A stretch of 64,000 nt of DNA from assembly GCF_009914755.1 (NCBI RefSeq), contig NC_060937.1; one strand, given 5' to 3'. Positions within the stretch are counted from its first letter, which is position 1; each line of letters begins with the position of its first letter. Origin of the DNA: the human T2T-CHM13v2.0 reference genome, Homo sapiens. Of the stretch, positions 1 through 12,863 are shown in pieces. Both the position numbers and the translations under genes were made by a program. The notes under the pieces were generated by a model that saw only the letters and a program-made list of their open reading frames with translations, had not been told where the DNA came from and made no database searches.

Positions 1-588
1 TTGAATGTTGGCCTGCCTTGCTAGGTTGGGGAAGTTCTCCTGGATAATATCCTGCAGAGTGTTTTCCAACTTGGTTCCATTCTCCCCGTCACTTTCAGGT
101 ACACCAATCAGACATAGATTTGGTCTTTTCACATATTCCCATATTTCTTGGAGGCTTTGTTCATTTCTTTTTACTCCTTTTTCTCTAAGCTTCTCTTCTC
201 ACTTCATTTCATTCATTTGATCTTCAATCACTGATACCCTTTCCTTCAGTTGATCGAATCGGCTACTGAAGCTTGTGCATTCATCACGTAGTTCTCATGC
301 CATGGTTTTCAGCTTCATCAGGTCATTTAAGGACTTCTCCACACTGGTTATTCTAGTTAGCCATTTGTCTAATCTTTTTTCACAGTTTTTGGCTTCTTTG
401 TGATGGGTTCGAACTTCCTCCTTTAGCTTGGAGAAATTTGATCTTCTGAAGACTTCTTCTCTCAACTCGTCAAAGTCATTCTCTGTCCAGCTTTGTTCCA
501 TTGCTGCTGAGGAGCTGTGTTCCTTTGGAGGGGGAGAAGCGCCCTGATTTTTAGAATTTTCACCTTTTCTGCTCTGTTTTTTCCCCAT
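1..588 (-). pseudogene. L1 ORF1p, disrupted
   Basis: MGKKQSRK...EKRLDKWLTRITSVEKSLNDLMKLKTMA matches the ORF1p N-terminus and coiled coil. In-frame TGA stops at 295-297 and 199-201 are probably decayed CGA codons. The frame continues ...QSLQEIWEYVKRPNL...ENFPNLARQANIQ. Confidence 0.93.
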
Positions 589-1618
589 CTTTGTGGTTTT
601 ATCTACCTTTGGTCTTTGTTGATGGTGACATACAGATGGGGTTTTGGTGTGGATGTCCTTTCTGTTTGTTAGTTTTCCTTCTAACAGTCAGGACCCTCAG
701 CTGCAGGTCTGTTGGAGTTTGCTGGAGGTCCACTCCAGACCCTGTTTGCCTAGGTATCAGCAGCAGAGGCTGCAGAACAGCGAATATTGCTGAACAGCAA
801 ATATTGCTGCCCGATCCTTCCTCTGGAAGTTTTGTCTCAGAGGGGTACCCGGCCATGTGAGGTGTCAGTCTGCCCCTATTGGGGGGTGCCTCCCAGTTAG
901 GCTACTCAGGGGTCAGGGATCGACTTGAGGAGGCAGTCTGTCCGTTCTGAGATCTCAAACTCCATGCTAGGAGAACCACTACTCTCTTCAAAGCTATCAG
1001 ACAGGGATATTTAAATCTGCAGAGGTTTCTGCTGCCTTTTGTTCGGCTATGCCCTGTCCCCACAGGTGGAGTCTACAGAGGCAGGCAGGCCTCCTTGAGC
1101 TGTGGTGGGCTCCACCCAGTTCGAGCTTCCTGGCCACTTTGTTTACCTACCCAAGCCTCAGCAATGGCGGGTGCCCCTCCCCCAGCCTCGCTGCCACCTT
1201 GCAGTTTGATCTCAGACTGCTGTGCTAGCAATGAGCGAGGCTCTGTGGGCATGGGACCCTCTGAGCCAGGCGCAGGATATAATCTCCTGGTGTGCCGTTT
1301 GCTAAGACCATTGGAAAAGTGTAGTATTAGGGTGAGAGTGTCCTGATTTTCCAGGTACTGTCTGTCACAGCTTCGCTTGGCTAGGAAAGGGAATTCCCTG
1401 ACCCCTTGTGCTTCCCCGGTGAGGGGATGCCTCACCCTGCTTCGGCTCACACTCAGTGCACTGCACTCACTGTCCTGCACCCACTGTCCGACAAGCCCCA
1501 GTGAGATGAACCCGGTACCTCAGCTGGAAATGCAGAAATCACCCATCTTCTGCATTGCTCACGCTGGGAGCTGTAGACTGGAGCTGTTCCTATTTGGCCA
1601 TCTTGGAACTGCCCCCCC
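1..1618 (-). mobile_element. LINE-1 (L1PA4-L1PA6-like) 5' end: complete 5'UTR plus start of ORF1; the element continues off the left edge
   Basis: The minus strand begins GGGGGGCAGTTCCAAGATGGCCAAATAGGAACAGCTCC, an L1PA 5' end with the YY1 core at 1596-1605. The 5'UTR of about 1030 bp leads to the ORF1 ATG at 588. Confidence 0.95.
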
Positions 1619-1619
1619 T

Positions 1620-1677
1620 CCCCCCACAAAGAATTATTAACCCAAAATGTCAGTGGTGCCAAGGTTGAGAAACCCTG
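1620..1677 (+). mobile_element. MER20 (hAT-Charlie) 3' fragment
   Basis: CCCCCACAAAGAATTA...AAATGTCAGTGGTGCCAAGGTTGAGAAACCCTG matches the MER20 3' end and terminal inverted repeat. Confidence 0.8.
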
Positions 1678-4145
1678 AAAGCCTGATCAGTTAGGTCATA
1701 ACTTTTGGCAGGACGGGTTTGTAAGTGGTGAGGTATTTTTCTGGCGCTGGGTGCATACTATCTGACTGTCTCTGTATTTGTGTATTGCATTCATTTCTTC
1801 CCAATGCCTAGATTCATTAGGGGTTACGAAATGGTGATGTTCTGAGTCTGTCTATACTGTTTCCCTTTTGTGTCTGGAATACTTCCATAAAGAGGATGCT
1901 CCTGCTCCTAAACCTTTGGAATGTTCCCTTAATCAATATTGTACATTCACGTTACACCTCCAAGACTGGTTCTTGTATTCAGAAACGGTGTGAGCATCCT
2001 CTGTTGGATCATCTGTTCCTGGTACAGTTTGGGTTAGAGCCAGGGTCACCAAAATTATGGGAATACATGGCATTTTCTCTTTCCTTGCCCTCCAGGTGAT
2101 TTCTAATAATGATAGGGAGATGAGGTCTACAATGTCAGTTATGTAGCAATAACATGCTTAACAATGTAAGATAAAATAGTGATGCCACGCAGTGAACTGC
2201 AAGGGGATGTACCATCATGGAAGCCAGAGTTTGCTGAAGAGATGGAGCTGGATGCTGTGGGAGGCCTGACTCAGGCAGGGTGGGGAGTGGTGGTCTTGGA
2301 ACCTGCATCTGGTTTGGGGAGGGAGTTGTCCTGGGGTTAAAAGCATGGATTGTGGAAGTGACTCTGGCTGGAATCCCATCTTTTCCGTGTCCTGGACGCA
2401 CAGCCTCAGCTAAGTCTCCCTCCTTAACCTCTCACAGCCTTGTTTCCTCTTTGACTGAATGAGGCCCACACTAGTGCCCTCCCCTTGGGTGTCACGAGGG
2501 TCCCATGTGCTGTCCCGTGTGGAGCTCTCTGAACAGCATGGAGCACAGGGTGTCTGCAGCATCTCCCTAAGGGATTATAAGATTGGAGCATGACTGAATG
2601 CCTCTGATTTCCCTTCTCATTCCAGCACTCCATGACTCTGAGCAGAGAAAGCTCAGTGGGAGGTGTGGGAGCCGAGCTTGATGAGTGGGCGCAGGGAGGC
2701 AGGGAGGCTGAGGAAGGCCCTTGGATGGATGAAGGCTGGTGAGGCCACCATGGGAGCCTTTGGGGATGGAGTGTGCGCAAGCCAAGGTGGAAGGGCACTC
2801 AGAGGTGCTCCCAGCAGTTTATGCATAAAGTAGGATGATTTGAGTGCCTGGGCCACTTGGCTGGGGTCATCAGGAGCGACTCTTCTGCACTGCCTCCACG
2901 TCTGTCTATGCCACGTCACTTGTGGAAGTGTGGGCTATGGCTTCTGGCCATAGATGATGGAGGAGAGCGTGGTAGCCTTGCCTGGCTCTCCCTACATAAT
3001 TGGCGAGTGCATGAGACATCCTCAGAACATGTGGGCTGGCCCTGCCTCAGAGGGAACTGGTCTTCAGGCAATTTTCAGACTGTAAAGGTGAACAGGCATG
3101 GAGATTCATTAGGCTGGGAGACTCGACTCTGGGGAAACTGCTCCCTGATTTCCCAGTGTTGTTAGGGAGGGAGGGAACAGAAGTTCAAGGAGGACAGCAA
3201 CTTCAGCCTCACTGAAGAGCCATAGAGCAGCAGGGCCTGTTTTTGACTTCCAGCTCTGAGATGGGTCTATCAAAGTCATTCCAAAACCCCCCATTCTTAG
3301 AACCTATTTCCTTTGCAGCCCCTCCCTCTGGCCAGCAAAGAAACTCTGTGGCTTTGCTGGAGAAGGCTTGTCTCTTTCCCGAGCTTGCAGCTTTTGTTTG
3401 CCCTCCACCGCCCCACGGGAGGGTGCGCTTAGCAACACTGCACCTATTTCCATCCGAGTAGGCACAGATACAGATCAGTCATTTTTAAGCTCCATTAGTC
3501 ACTTCTCTTCCTGCGCCCACTCAGCTCCACACTCCCACGGGCACAAACTCCTTTATAGTGAGATGTACTTTCTTTAAATTTCACTTCAATTAATCCCCAA
3601 GAGTTCAATATGTTTAGAAGTGCAGGAGGTGTATAGTTTTTCCAGAAAATGCTAAAATTCAAAAATTATCACCATTCACCAATTTGCTTTTTAATAGTAG
3701 GTGTGCTTGCACCAAAATACTCAATGCATCTTAGCATGCAGATAGACCAAAGCACTGGCACACCCTCCTGCCAGAACACGTACTCCACGGGTTCTGGTAG
3801 GAGAAGTAAGAGAACCTTGAGGCGTGGCGTCTCTTACTTCCTCTGCCAATTGACAAACCTGCTGAGGCCCTGACTTGCCAAGAGCACCTGGAATATGAGA
3901 AATGTGAGAATGAGGTACAGCCTCATGCCAACACCTGCCCGAGTTGTTCTTCTGTGTTAGGAGTTCAGCCGTGGTGCTGCTGCATCTGTGGGTTCCACCT
4001 TCTGGAGCTGCCTTGAGTTTTGGCTTTGAAATACCAGAGAACTTAAGTTCCACGCTCTGAAGTCCCAAATGGCAATCTTGATTATGAATGAAAATGAGTG
4101 ATAATGCCAAAAAAGATTTCCTTTATGTTAGAATTTAAGAGGATA

Positions 4146-4533
<388 letters not shown>

Positions 4534-4539
4534 TTAGGT

Positions 4540-4710
4540 TAAGTGATCTCCTCCAACAATCCCGAGGGAGAAGCACCACCAATAGCTCCGCTTTTCAGAA
4601 ACAGAAAGCAAAGCTCATAGAAGCTGAGAGCTCATCCATGGTCCTGCAGGTGGAAGACCACAGGGAGGCGCTGGATCCCGAGCTGTCCAGCTCCAAATCC
4701 GTGCTGCCCC
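4540..4710 (-). mobile_element. Degenerate MIR SINE
   Basis: Aligns by eye to the MIR core (tcctcacaacaaccct...ttttacagatgaggaaactgaggc...ggtcacacag...ctccagagcccgtgct). Confidence 0.55.
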
Positions 4711-5188
4711 CTTCCTCACATCCACAGACACCACACGCTTTTCTTTGAGCCGCATTTGTTCTTCTCGAGGGTCCCTACATCTGGGAGACGTCAGAAGTCG
4801 GACTCTTTTATCTTTGGGTGTGGCTCTCCTGGCACCTTGCAAAGTCCACGCATACACCCATGAAGCCTTCTGTGTTTGGGCAGTGGTGGGGAGGCTGTCC
4901 CGTTTCTTCTTTGCCTTTGCGGAGAAGAGGATCATTGAGAACGCTGAGGACATGCACACCGATGTCGTGGCCTCCCAGCACTGCACGCCCCTAGGGAGCT
5001 TCTCGTCAGCTCATCTTCCTGTCTTGTTCCCCTCCCCTATAGAACGTTGGGATTAAAACATCAGATCATTGCCTCTCCTAGGTTTTTATTCTTGATGAAT
5101 GCCAACAGAAACTATTGAAGACTATGGTGAACTAGAATGCATCATTGTCCTACAGGCTCTCAGATTACTTTGAAAAATATTACAGAGG

Positions 5189-5532
<344 letters not shown>

Positions 5533-6094
5533 TTACAGAGGTCAATGAAAACAAAATACGCAATCAGAAATAAACCATGCCTCTGTAGTCTCTGAGCTCA
5601 GGGCGTGGAGCTGTGGCCCTGGAAGGCGGATCCCCTCCTGCCTTTGCATCTGGAGAGCTGAAGGCCTCAGGGCATCTGCTGCCTGGGGGTGTAGGTGGCT
5701 GCTGGTGCTGCCTCCATGAGCACATGCAGCTGTGACCTGCACTGAACCCTTGTCCTCATCTGTCTCTAGGGCACACATGCTGTCCAGGGAGGATGCAGTG
5801 CCCGGCACATAGGCAGCTCTTGATGAGAGTGTTGTATTTGTATTTGGAATCTGGGTGACCCCTCCATCCCTGCACCATTGCCCTCCTCAAGGACTCCACT
5901 GCACAATTCGGGGGATCCCCATCTCTGACAGCACCTGGGAGGCTGGGCCGCTGCAGCAAGTCCTCCACCAGGAGTCAGAGCCACTCGGTGAAAACACAAA
6001 TGTGGCCATGTTGCTCCCCGTCCCACCTACCTTTGGCAAGTAACGCTCATTTCAAACACAAGGAAGGAGCTCTGTGACCTTCTCAACTCGGTCT

Positions 6095-6290
6095 CCGCCA
6101 CTCCAGTGTGTGGATGGAGCATATATTGCCTGTCTCCCTTCCTCTTTGGGGCTGAGGAGGACTCCAGTGTGTGGATGGAGCATGTTTTGCCCATCCCCTC
6201 CTCCACGGATGGTTGCATTGTATCCTTCTCTGGGCAGCTGTGAGCATCACTGCTGTGAGCGAGAGTGGATGGATGTCTGAGTGCCCAGTG
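6095..6290 (-). mobile_element. Old L1M 3' fragment, GC-shifted
   Basis: Resembles the L1M motif tattccattgtgtggat...ttttgtttatccattcatc...gatggacatt...tgtgaataatgctgctatgaac with many A/T to G/C changes. Confidence 0.5.
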
Positions 6291-6906
6291 GGCCCCTGAG
6301 GGCACCATCTGCCTCTTCTCCAACCCTTCACAGGTGCTGCCCTGCCATCAGGTGCCAGCAGCACCCCCACTAACCTGACGGCCTCTGCTTGCCCTTCCAA
6401 GCCTTCAAGCAAGTGTCCCCCTAGGGACAGCCCAGGCTGCATGTGTGCCCTTCACCCAAGCCTCCATGCGAATGTCCCCCCAGGGACAGCCTGCACTGCG
6501 CGTGTGCGCTTTGTCCAAGTTTCTATCACATCCTGTACCTCGGTCCCAGAATCTCTTACTTTTTGCGCTGCCATAGCTGCTATACTTAGTCAGCTTCCCT
6601 GCTCAACTGCAAGACACTTAAGAGACAAAAATGAGGCCTGAACTTTTGTGACCCCAACAAATAAATATGTGTTGGCTGGATTCATGGCAAGAAAATCAGG
6701 CAGCATGGGTGGCTTAGGGACAACCCATCTGTAAACCCATTTTAACTGCCAGTTTCACCTCATCCCTCCAGCCTCAGCCTCCACCCTCACCCTCACTTCC
6801 CTTCTGAGCCTAATGTCCTAGGCCTTTGTTCGGGATGGACTGTGGGGCTCCTCATCTCCCTGAGCACAGCCCCTTTCTGCAGATGCTGAAACCATGAACA
6901 ACCCCA

Positions 6907-7181
6907 TGCTGGTGGCTGGGTGAGTGAACGGGGGTGCTGGTGGCTGGGTGAGTGAACGGGGGTGCTGGTGGCTGGGTGAGTGAACGGGGGTGCTGGTGGC
7001 TGGGTGAGTGAACGGGGGTGCTGGTGGCTGGGTGAGTGAACGGGGGTGCTGGTGGCTGGGTGAGTGAACGGGGGTGCTGGTGGCTGGGTGAGTGAACGGG
7101 GGTGCTGGTGGCTGGGTGAGTGAACGGGGGTGCTGGTGGCTGGGTGAGTGAATGGGGGTGCTGGTGGCTGGGTGAGTGAAT
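6907..7181. repeat. Minisatellite, 28-bp unit TGCTGGTGGCTGGGTGAGTGAACGGGGG, about 10 copies
   Basis: Near-perfect tandem copies read directly from the sequence. Confidence 0.97.
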
Positions 7182-7683
7182 GTGGGCATAGGCTCCACAG
7201 CGTGGATCCCTCCTCCTGGAAAGACCACCAGCAGCCTTTGTTTGAGGAAATTCTGTGCTTTTATTTTCATACAATACAAGGTGACATTATTCACAATGGG
7301 AAAAAATATGGCAAAATAAATAACGGAAACCACTTTTCATTGACTTCCCCAGTCATTTGACCTGCCCCCCAGCCTCGGTGCTCAGGTCTCTGGTTAACTA
7401 CTGATGGTATCAAGAGATTCACTGCACCTTCGGGGGCTGAATTCCTTATTTGTCAATTTTGCTCATTTTATGTTCTTAGTTTGCCCCGACCCACAACAAA
7501 AGCTTGGTCCATCAAGAGAATAACATCTATTCGTCACCAGCCAAACCAGATCCCAGGAGAGAACCACATCAGCCACACATCAGCATCTTTTGGGATCATG
7601 GCTTTTTGACCCAGACTAACAGAAATATTTATGTGACCAGCACTTGCCCGGAGGCCCCCGTCCTCCTGCAAATACTGTGACCC

Positions 7684-8168
7684 GGATGCAGGGCGGGTGA
7701 GCCTCACAGCAGGGCTTAGCCGGGAGGTGGGGCGGGGGGGGCTTTGCTTTGCCCAGGAAAGAATGCAAGGGTGAGCCAGTGGTAGAAGAGAACACCTTTT
7801 CTGAAGCCACAGTGCCACGGCTCTGGAGGTGTTACAGCTCTGTGACGGCCCCCGCGGAGCTGGGCTACCCCATAGGCTGAGAGTTGCTGCTTAAGGTGGT
7901 TTTGTTGTCATATTTATACCTACTTTTAATTACATGCAGATTAAGTGGCAGTTTATGCAGAAATTTCTAGGAAAAGGTAGTAACTTCTGGTTCATTGAGT
8001 CTGCCGCGGAAAGCGGGGGGTAACGCCCAGTGGCAACAGTAAACTGACAGGTGCACTGGGGGCGTGTCTGATGGAAAACTGCTTCCACACCTTCCCTGTT
8101 TTATCTAGTCTTCAGTTGGGTCCGGTGTCTGAGTCCTGCCTACAGAGTCGAGTCCCACCTCCTACCAA
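7684..8168 (-). mobile_element. Solo LTR, MER66-like (ERV1/MER4 group)
   Basis: The minus strand begins GGTAGGAGGTGGGACTCGACTC, contains CCTAGAAATTTCTGCATAAAC and GTATAAATATGAC, and ends GGCTCACCCGCCCTGCATC. Confidence 0.75.
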
Positions 8169-8417
8169 AATCCCATACAAAAACAGCATCTGCTGCCCCG
8201 AAGCTGGCCAGACATTGCGAAAGGTAAGAAACCCGCCATTGACAGTTGACGACCATCCCTCTGGCTACTCCCTCCCACCCACATCTCTATCTTTAAACCA
8301 CTGAAAGCAAATGGAGTGAGTTGCGCCTTCCTTCAGTGTGTCTATCTGTGGTCGCTAAGGTGACATATTACATGACCTCCTTGGGCACTGGTTTTGCAAT
8401 AAGCCATTTAAAGATTA

Positions 8418-9141
8418 TGTTACCGGTGGGTCTTTGTTCTTAGAGCTCCCAAGATGGCGGCGGGCCGCTCCCAAGATGGCGGCAAGCCTTTTGTTCTCTG
8501 ACCTGGGGTTCTTGGCCTCACAGACTCCAAGGAATGGAACGTTGGGCCATGCAGTAGTGTTATAGCTCTATCAGAAGCCGTGGGTCATGGAAGAGAACCG
8601 TGGAACCCAGTGACAGGTGTTCAGCTCGATTAGGACGAATCCGGGCACTTAGCCATGCAGGAACAATGGCGAGCCTCTAGCCGATCCGGAGCGGCAAAGT
8701 CTAGCTGGGTCAGAAGCTCAGTGGACACTCTGCTGGATCCAGAGGGATGGAAGTTAGAGGCGGGCCTGTGACGGCGGCGATCAGCAGTGGTAGACGGCAA
8801 GTGAAAGCTCAACTTGAGCCAGAACAAACACAGACCAGAAGAGTGAGCAGTTGCAAGATTTAGTAGAGTGGAAACAGAGCTCCCGTACAACGGGAAGGGA
8901 CCCAAAGGATGCTGCCCGATCCGGCTTGAATGCCTGGGTTTATATCCTGATCATTGTCCCTCCCCCTGTGCTCTCAGGCGACAGATGATTTGACTATTTC
9001 TTTACCTCCTGCTTTTAGCCTAATTGGTATGTTAGTGAGCTGAGTTACAAGCCCCTGTTTAAAGGTGGGTGCAGTCACCTTCCCCAGCTGGGCTTAGGAA
9101 TTCTTAGTTGGCCTAGGAAATCCAGCTAGTCCTGTCTCTCA
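8418..9141 (-). mobile_element. HERV-W solo LTR (LTR17)
   Basis: Minus strand TGAGAGACAGGACTAGCTGGATTTCCTAGGCC...CCATCTTGGGAGCTCT...CCGGTAACA with TG...CA termini. The 4-bp flanks ATTA/ACTA fit a TSD with one mismatch. Confidence 0.92.
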
Positions 9142-10725
9142 ACTAGAATGTCTGTGTGTTTGTGCTGGGCAGTTGTTTGTTTCAATGGGATTAAAGCACT
9201 CTGCACTTTCAGTGGGTGCTATTTACAGTATTGAGCTATGTTGAGGGAAAAGTCTGCCGCTTTGTCAATGATGGGAGTTTCTAGTTAACAGCACTTTAAA
9301 GAAGTGGAAAATGCTCAGTTATCACCCAATGTGAACAGGATCAATAATAGTTTAGTAGTGCCTGATAATTGGAGTAGCTGTTATACACAAGAGCCTGTAT
9401 CTCCTTGAGTGACTCTTATCAATCTATTGTCCATCATCATCTGATAATCAGACCGAAAATATGGTGGGGAATTTTCCCTTTTTAAATCAAGCTTGTGAAA
9501 AACATTTGAAATAATAAAGAAAAAAGCCCCGCTCATTGTTCATCTCAGCGGGGAGGAAAACCCAGGAGCTGGGTGACTCTGTAAGGCGAATGAAAACCAA
9601 GGGGTGTGTGCTGTGTGGAGGGATGCTGGGTGATGTCAGAGGAAAATAATTATATTCAGAGAGCATTTAAAAAATTTGCTGCTTAGAAGCCAAAGTAGTT
9701 GCTACAGTCAGACTTCGGGTGGAATTTTTAGTGACATATCTGCTGTGGATCTGGGAGGCCCTCAGAGGGTTTTATGTCATATTAGCCAAGAGGCATTTGA
9801 ATCACACTGAATCTAGCCCTTCGTGCGTGCTTGGAAGAAGACATGGCATGGTGATGTTAGAGTTCTTTTCTCTGTTCATCCGTTCACCCAATCAAGGATT
9901 TGTTGAGCCTCTACTGGGTGTGCCAGACACTCCTGGGAGCAAGACCTCAGCTGTGATCTGCCACAGGTCTGAGGAACCCCTCACCTGGTGACAGCATACG
10001 TTGTGCTGGGAAAATTAAGGAAGACGAAGGCAATGGCCTCTGAAGTGCTGGCTTGCGCTCCTGTCCAAGGAGAGAGAGGCCCAGATCTGGGCTCCAGGGA
10101 CCCCAGGGACCCGTGGGAGGGCACCAGGCATGTTGTCCATGGTGGTAGACTGGCTTGTTCCTGCTTCCCATGCCCTCCCTCTGCCACGGAACTTGCCCTG
10201 TCTTCCAGCATTCCAGGAGGAGTCCACCGGTATCTAGATGGCTGGATTTGGGCTTGATCCTGGGACTAGCTCTGGCTGGTGGAGTGGGAGTGCCATAATG
10301 CGAGAAATGAGTTGAATGTGCTTGTTTCTTCTGGCCTGGACTGCTGCTTTCCCATGCTCCTTGGGAAGAACACGCCGCAGGCAGCTGCTGGGTCCAGAGT
10401 GAGGAGGCATGGAGCCTGCCCCACCCTGTCCTCAGCCTGGAACCCCGCCTAATGCATCCCGGAGCAATGCAGGTGGCCCTAGACCCACGAGCAAGAGCCA
10501 AGCCCCTGTGGTCATAGCCCCTGATCGTGGAGTTGGTAGTTACAAGCATTCGTGCAATGAAACTCTAACACACATGCGCCTCCTGCAACTGCACGTGAGC
10601 CTGTGTGAGTCTCTGCAACTTTGGGAGAAAATCCTAGCTTTCATCCCGTCCTTAAAATCATCCCTGGAATGTAAATTAACGCAAACCACCCCTGTCAATG
10701 CTAACAGGTGTCCAGACTAACAAAA

Positions 10726-11109
10726 TGTGTGTGTGGTGTGTGTGTGTGACATATGCAGTGTATGTATGTGTGTGTTGTGTGTGTGTGGATGTGAATGTGT
10801 GTGTGGTGTGACCATGTGAATGTATGTGTATGTGCATGTGGTGTGTGAATGTGAATGCATGTGATATGAGTGTGTGTATAAGTGTGTGTGATGTGTGTAT
10901 GTGAGTGTGTATGTGTGTGTGTGGTATGAATGTGTGGTGTTTGTGTGAGTGTGTGTGGGGTATGAGTGTGTGGAGTGTGTGTATGTGAGTGTATGTGAGT
11001 GGTATGAGTGTGTGTGAGTGTGTGTGTGGTATCAGTGTAGAGTGGGTGTATGAGTGTGTCTGTGTGTCTGTGGTATGAGGGTGTGTGTGTGCGTGTGAGG
11101 GTGTGTGTG
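10726..11109. repeat. Degenerate (TG)n-rich simple repeat
   Basis: Interrupted TG/TGAG/TATG runs. Confidence 0.93.
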
Positions 11110-12863
11110 CTTCTGCAGAAATCATGTCCTCACTCCCCCATGGTTTGCTAGGTCCACCAGGGACACAGGCTCCTCTTCTGAGCCCTGCCCCTCAGTCCCA
11201 TCTCACCCTGATCCCTGACGGGGAGAGGCAAGCCTGGTTCTTCCCCACGCGTATGTGCACACTCTCACATATGTGTGCGCACTCTGGCCCTCGCACTCAC
11301 CCGCACATGCCTGCCTCCGCTGCCTGCCCTGGCCGCCAACCTGCCCAGCCTGTGAGCTCCATCCTCAGCCGCCCCCCGCCCAGGGCATTCCAGCAGGAGC
11401 CGCCCTCTCAGCCCTGACTCGACTCTAGCTGCCCTGGAACCAGGCTACTCCGGTTATGGTCTCCCGAGCCCGGGCAGCGCCGTCCGCCTTGGTTGGGTGG
11501 AGAGCTTCTTTTCTCAAGCCCCCCTGTGCGGCCATGCACCCTGTTCCTGCTGCTGTAGCCTGAGGGTCCCGTTCTCTACCCTGATCCTCTCCCAGCTCCT
11601 TTCGAGATCTGAGCAGATGTGAGGCCCTGGACAAAAAGGGCCTGGGAACCCAGTGACTTAATCGCTGAGCCTCTCTGAGCACCAGGCTGAGTCAGCCCCA
11701 GGGGATGGGATCCACACAGCCTCCCCTCCAGCTCCGTGACCCGGGGCCGTTTCTCACCCTCTCTGGCCCTCGTTATAAAGCGGGCACGTCTTCGCCCATT
11801 CTAGGGTGGCTGTGCTGTTGGCAGAGGTGGTGTGCAGCCAGCCTGTCTCGCAGACAGGGCCCGCCTGGGTGTGCCAACAGCACCTGGTTCATCAGTTACC
11901 TTACTCTCCTGCTGCCCCTGTAAAACCTATACAGGGCCAAACTCTCTCGCTGGCCCAGGATGGAAACTCCTGCGTTCCTGGGACTCTGACTCTCACGCAG
12001 TCAGAATGTCGCCCTCAGTTTTGTAATTAGCACACGTCGGTTGAGCATATTCACTAAACGTTGCCCTCCCCCTGCCCAGCCGATAGCTGGGACGCCCACC
12101 AGAGGCTGCCACGCTCTCCTCCTGGCCCTCCTGGCTGCTGTCCAGGAATCCTGGGTCCCAGGAGGAGGAGGGGTGGGATTCAGGGCCAAGGTGGCTTCCC
12201 CCAGCCAGGGGCTCCTCCCTCCTGGGTCCGGCAGTGGGTAGGGCTGACGCTTGCTCCCATGGGGCATGTTCATGACCCTTCCGGGCCCCACCACTGCACG
12301 TCCCAATCTCCAAGTCCCCCGGACCTGGGAATATGCATTTCTCTCTCGGGAGATGTTGCGTCCGCAGTCCAAGCCTATCGTACTTGTCTGCACATTGCTC
12401 ATAAGGTCTCTGTCCTCTAGTAGCCCATTGGACACGGCTGAGGTGACCCCACGCTGGCACTCCCTCCACCCGGTCTTCGACCAGCCAGGGGCACACCCAT
12501 GTCAGCAGCCCACAGACTCTGTGGAAAGGCTGCCCTCACCTGCCTCCGCTGTACAGCCGACTCCCGTAGTCTCAGGCTCCAGGGCAGCACTGTGTCCTGC
12601 GCCTCCCAAGTGTGGGGAAGGCCTTTCTGGCTCCCGGTCTTATAGGAGCCCCCAAGCAGGGTAGAGGGGAAGGAGCTGCCATCCCCACCTCTTGCCTCTG
12701 AGGGCAGAAGGGACTTGGAACAGCTCTCACTACTGAAACCGCGCTGTACTCTCCTGGCCAGGCCAGGGGTGCAGCTGCAAGCACTGCACTTTCTAGCTCT
12801 GGGATTTCTATGTTACATTTGGGTAACTCAGATAAAATTTTGATTTTTTTACATCTTGTTTTC

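Noticed and set aside
10676-11125. His/Thr-rich ORF and similar ORFs at 25746-26029, 49982-50479 and 63118-63645
   Set aside because: Translations of simple repeats.
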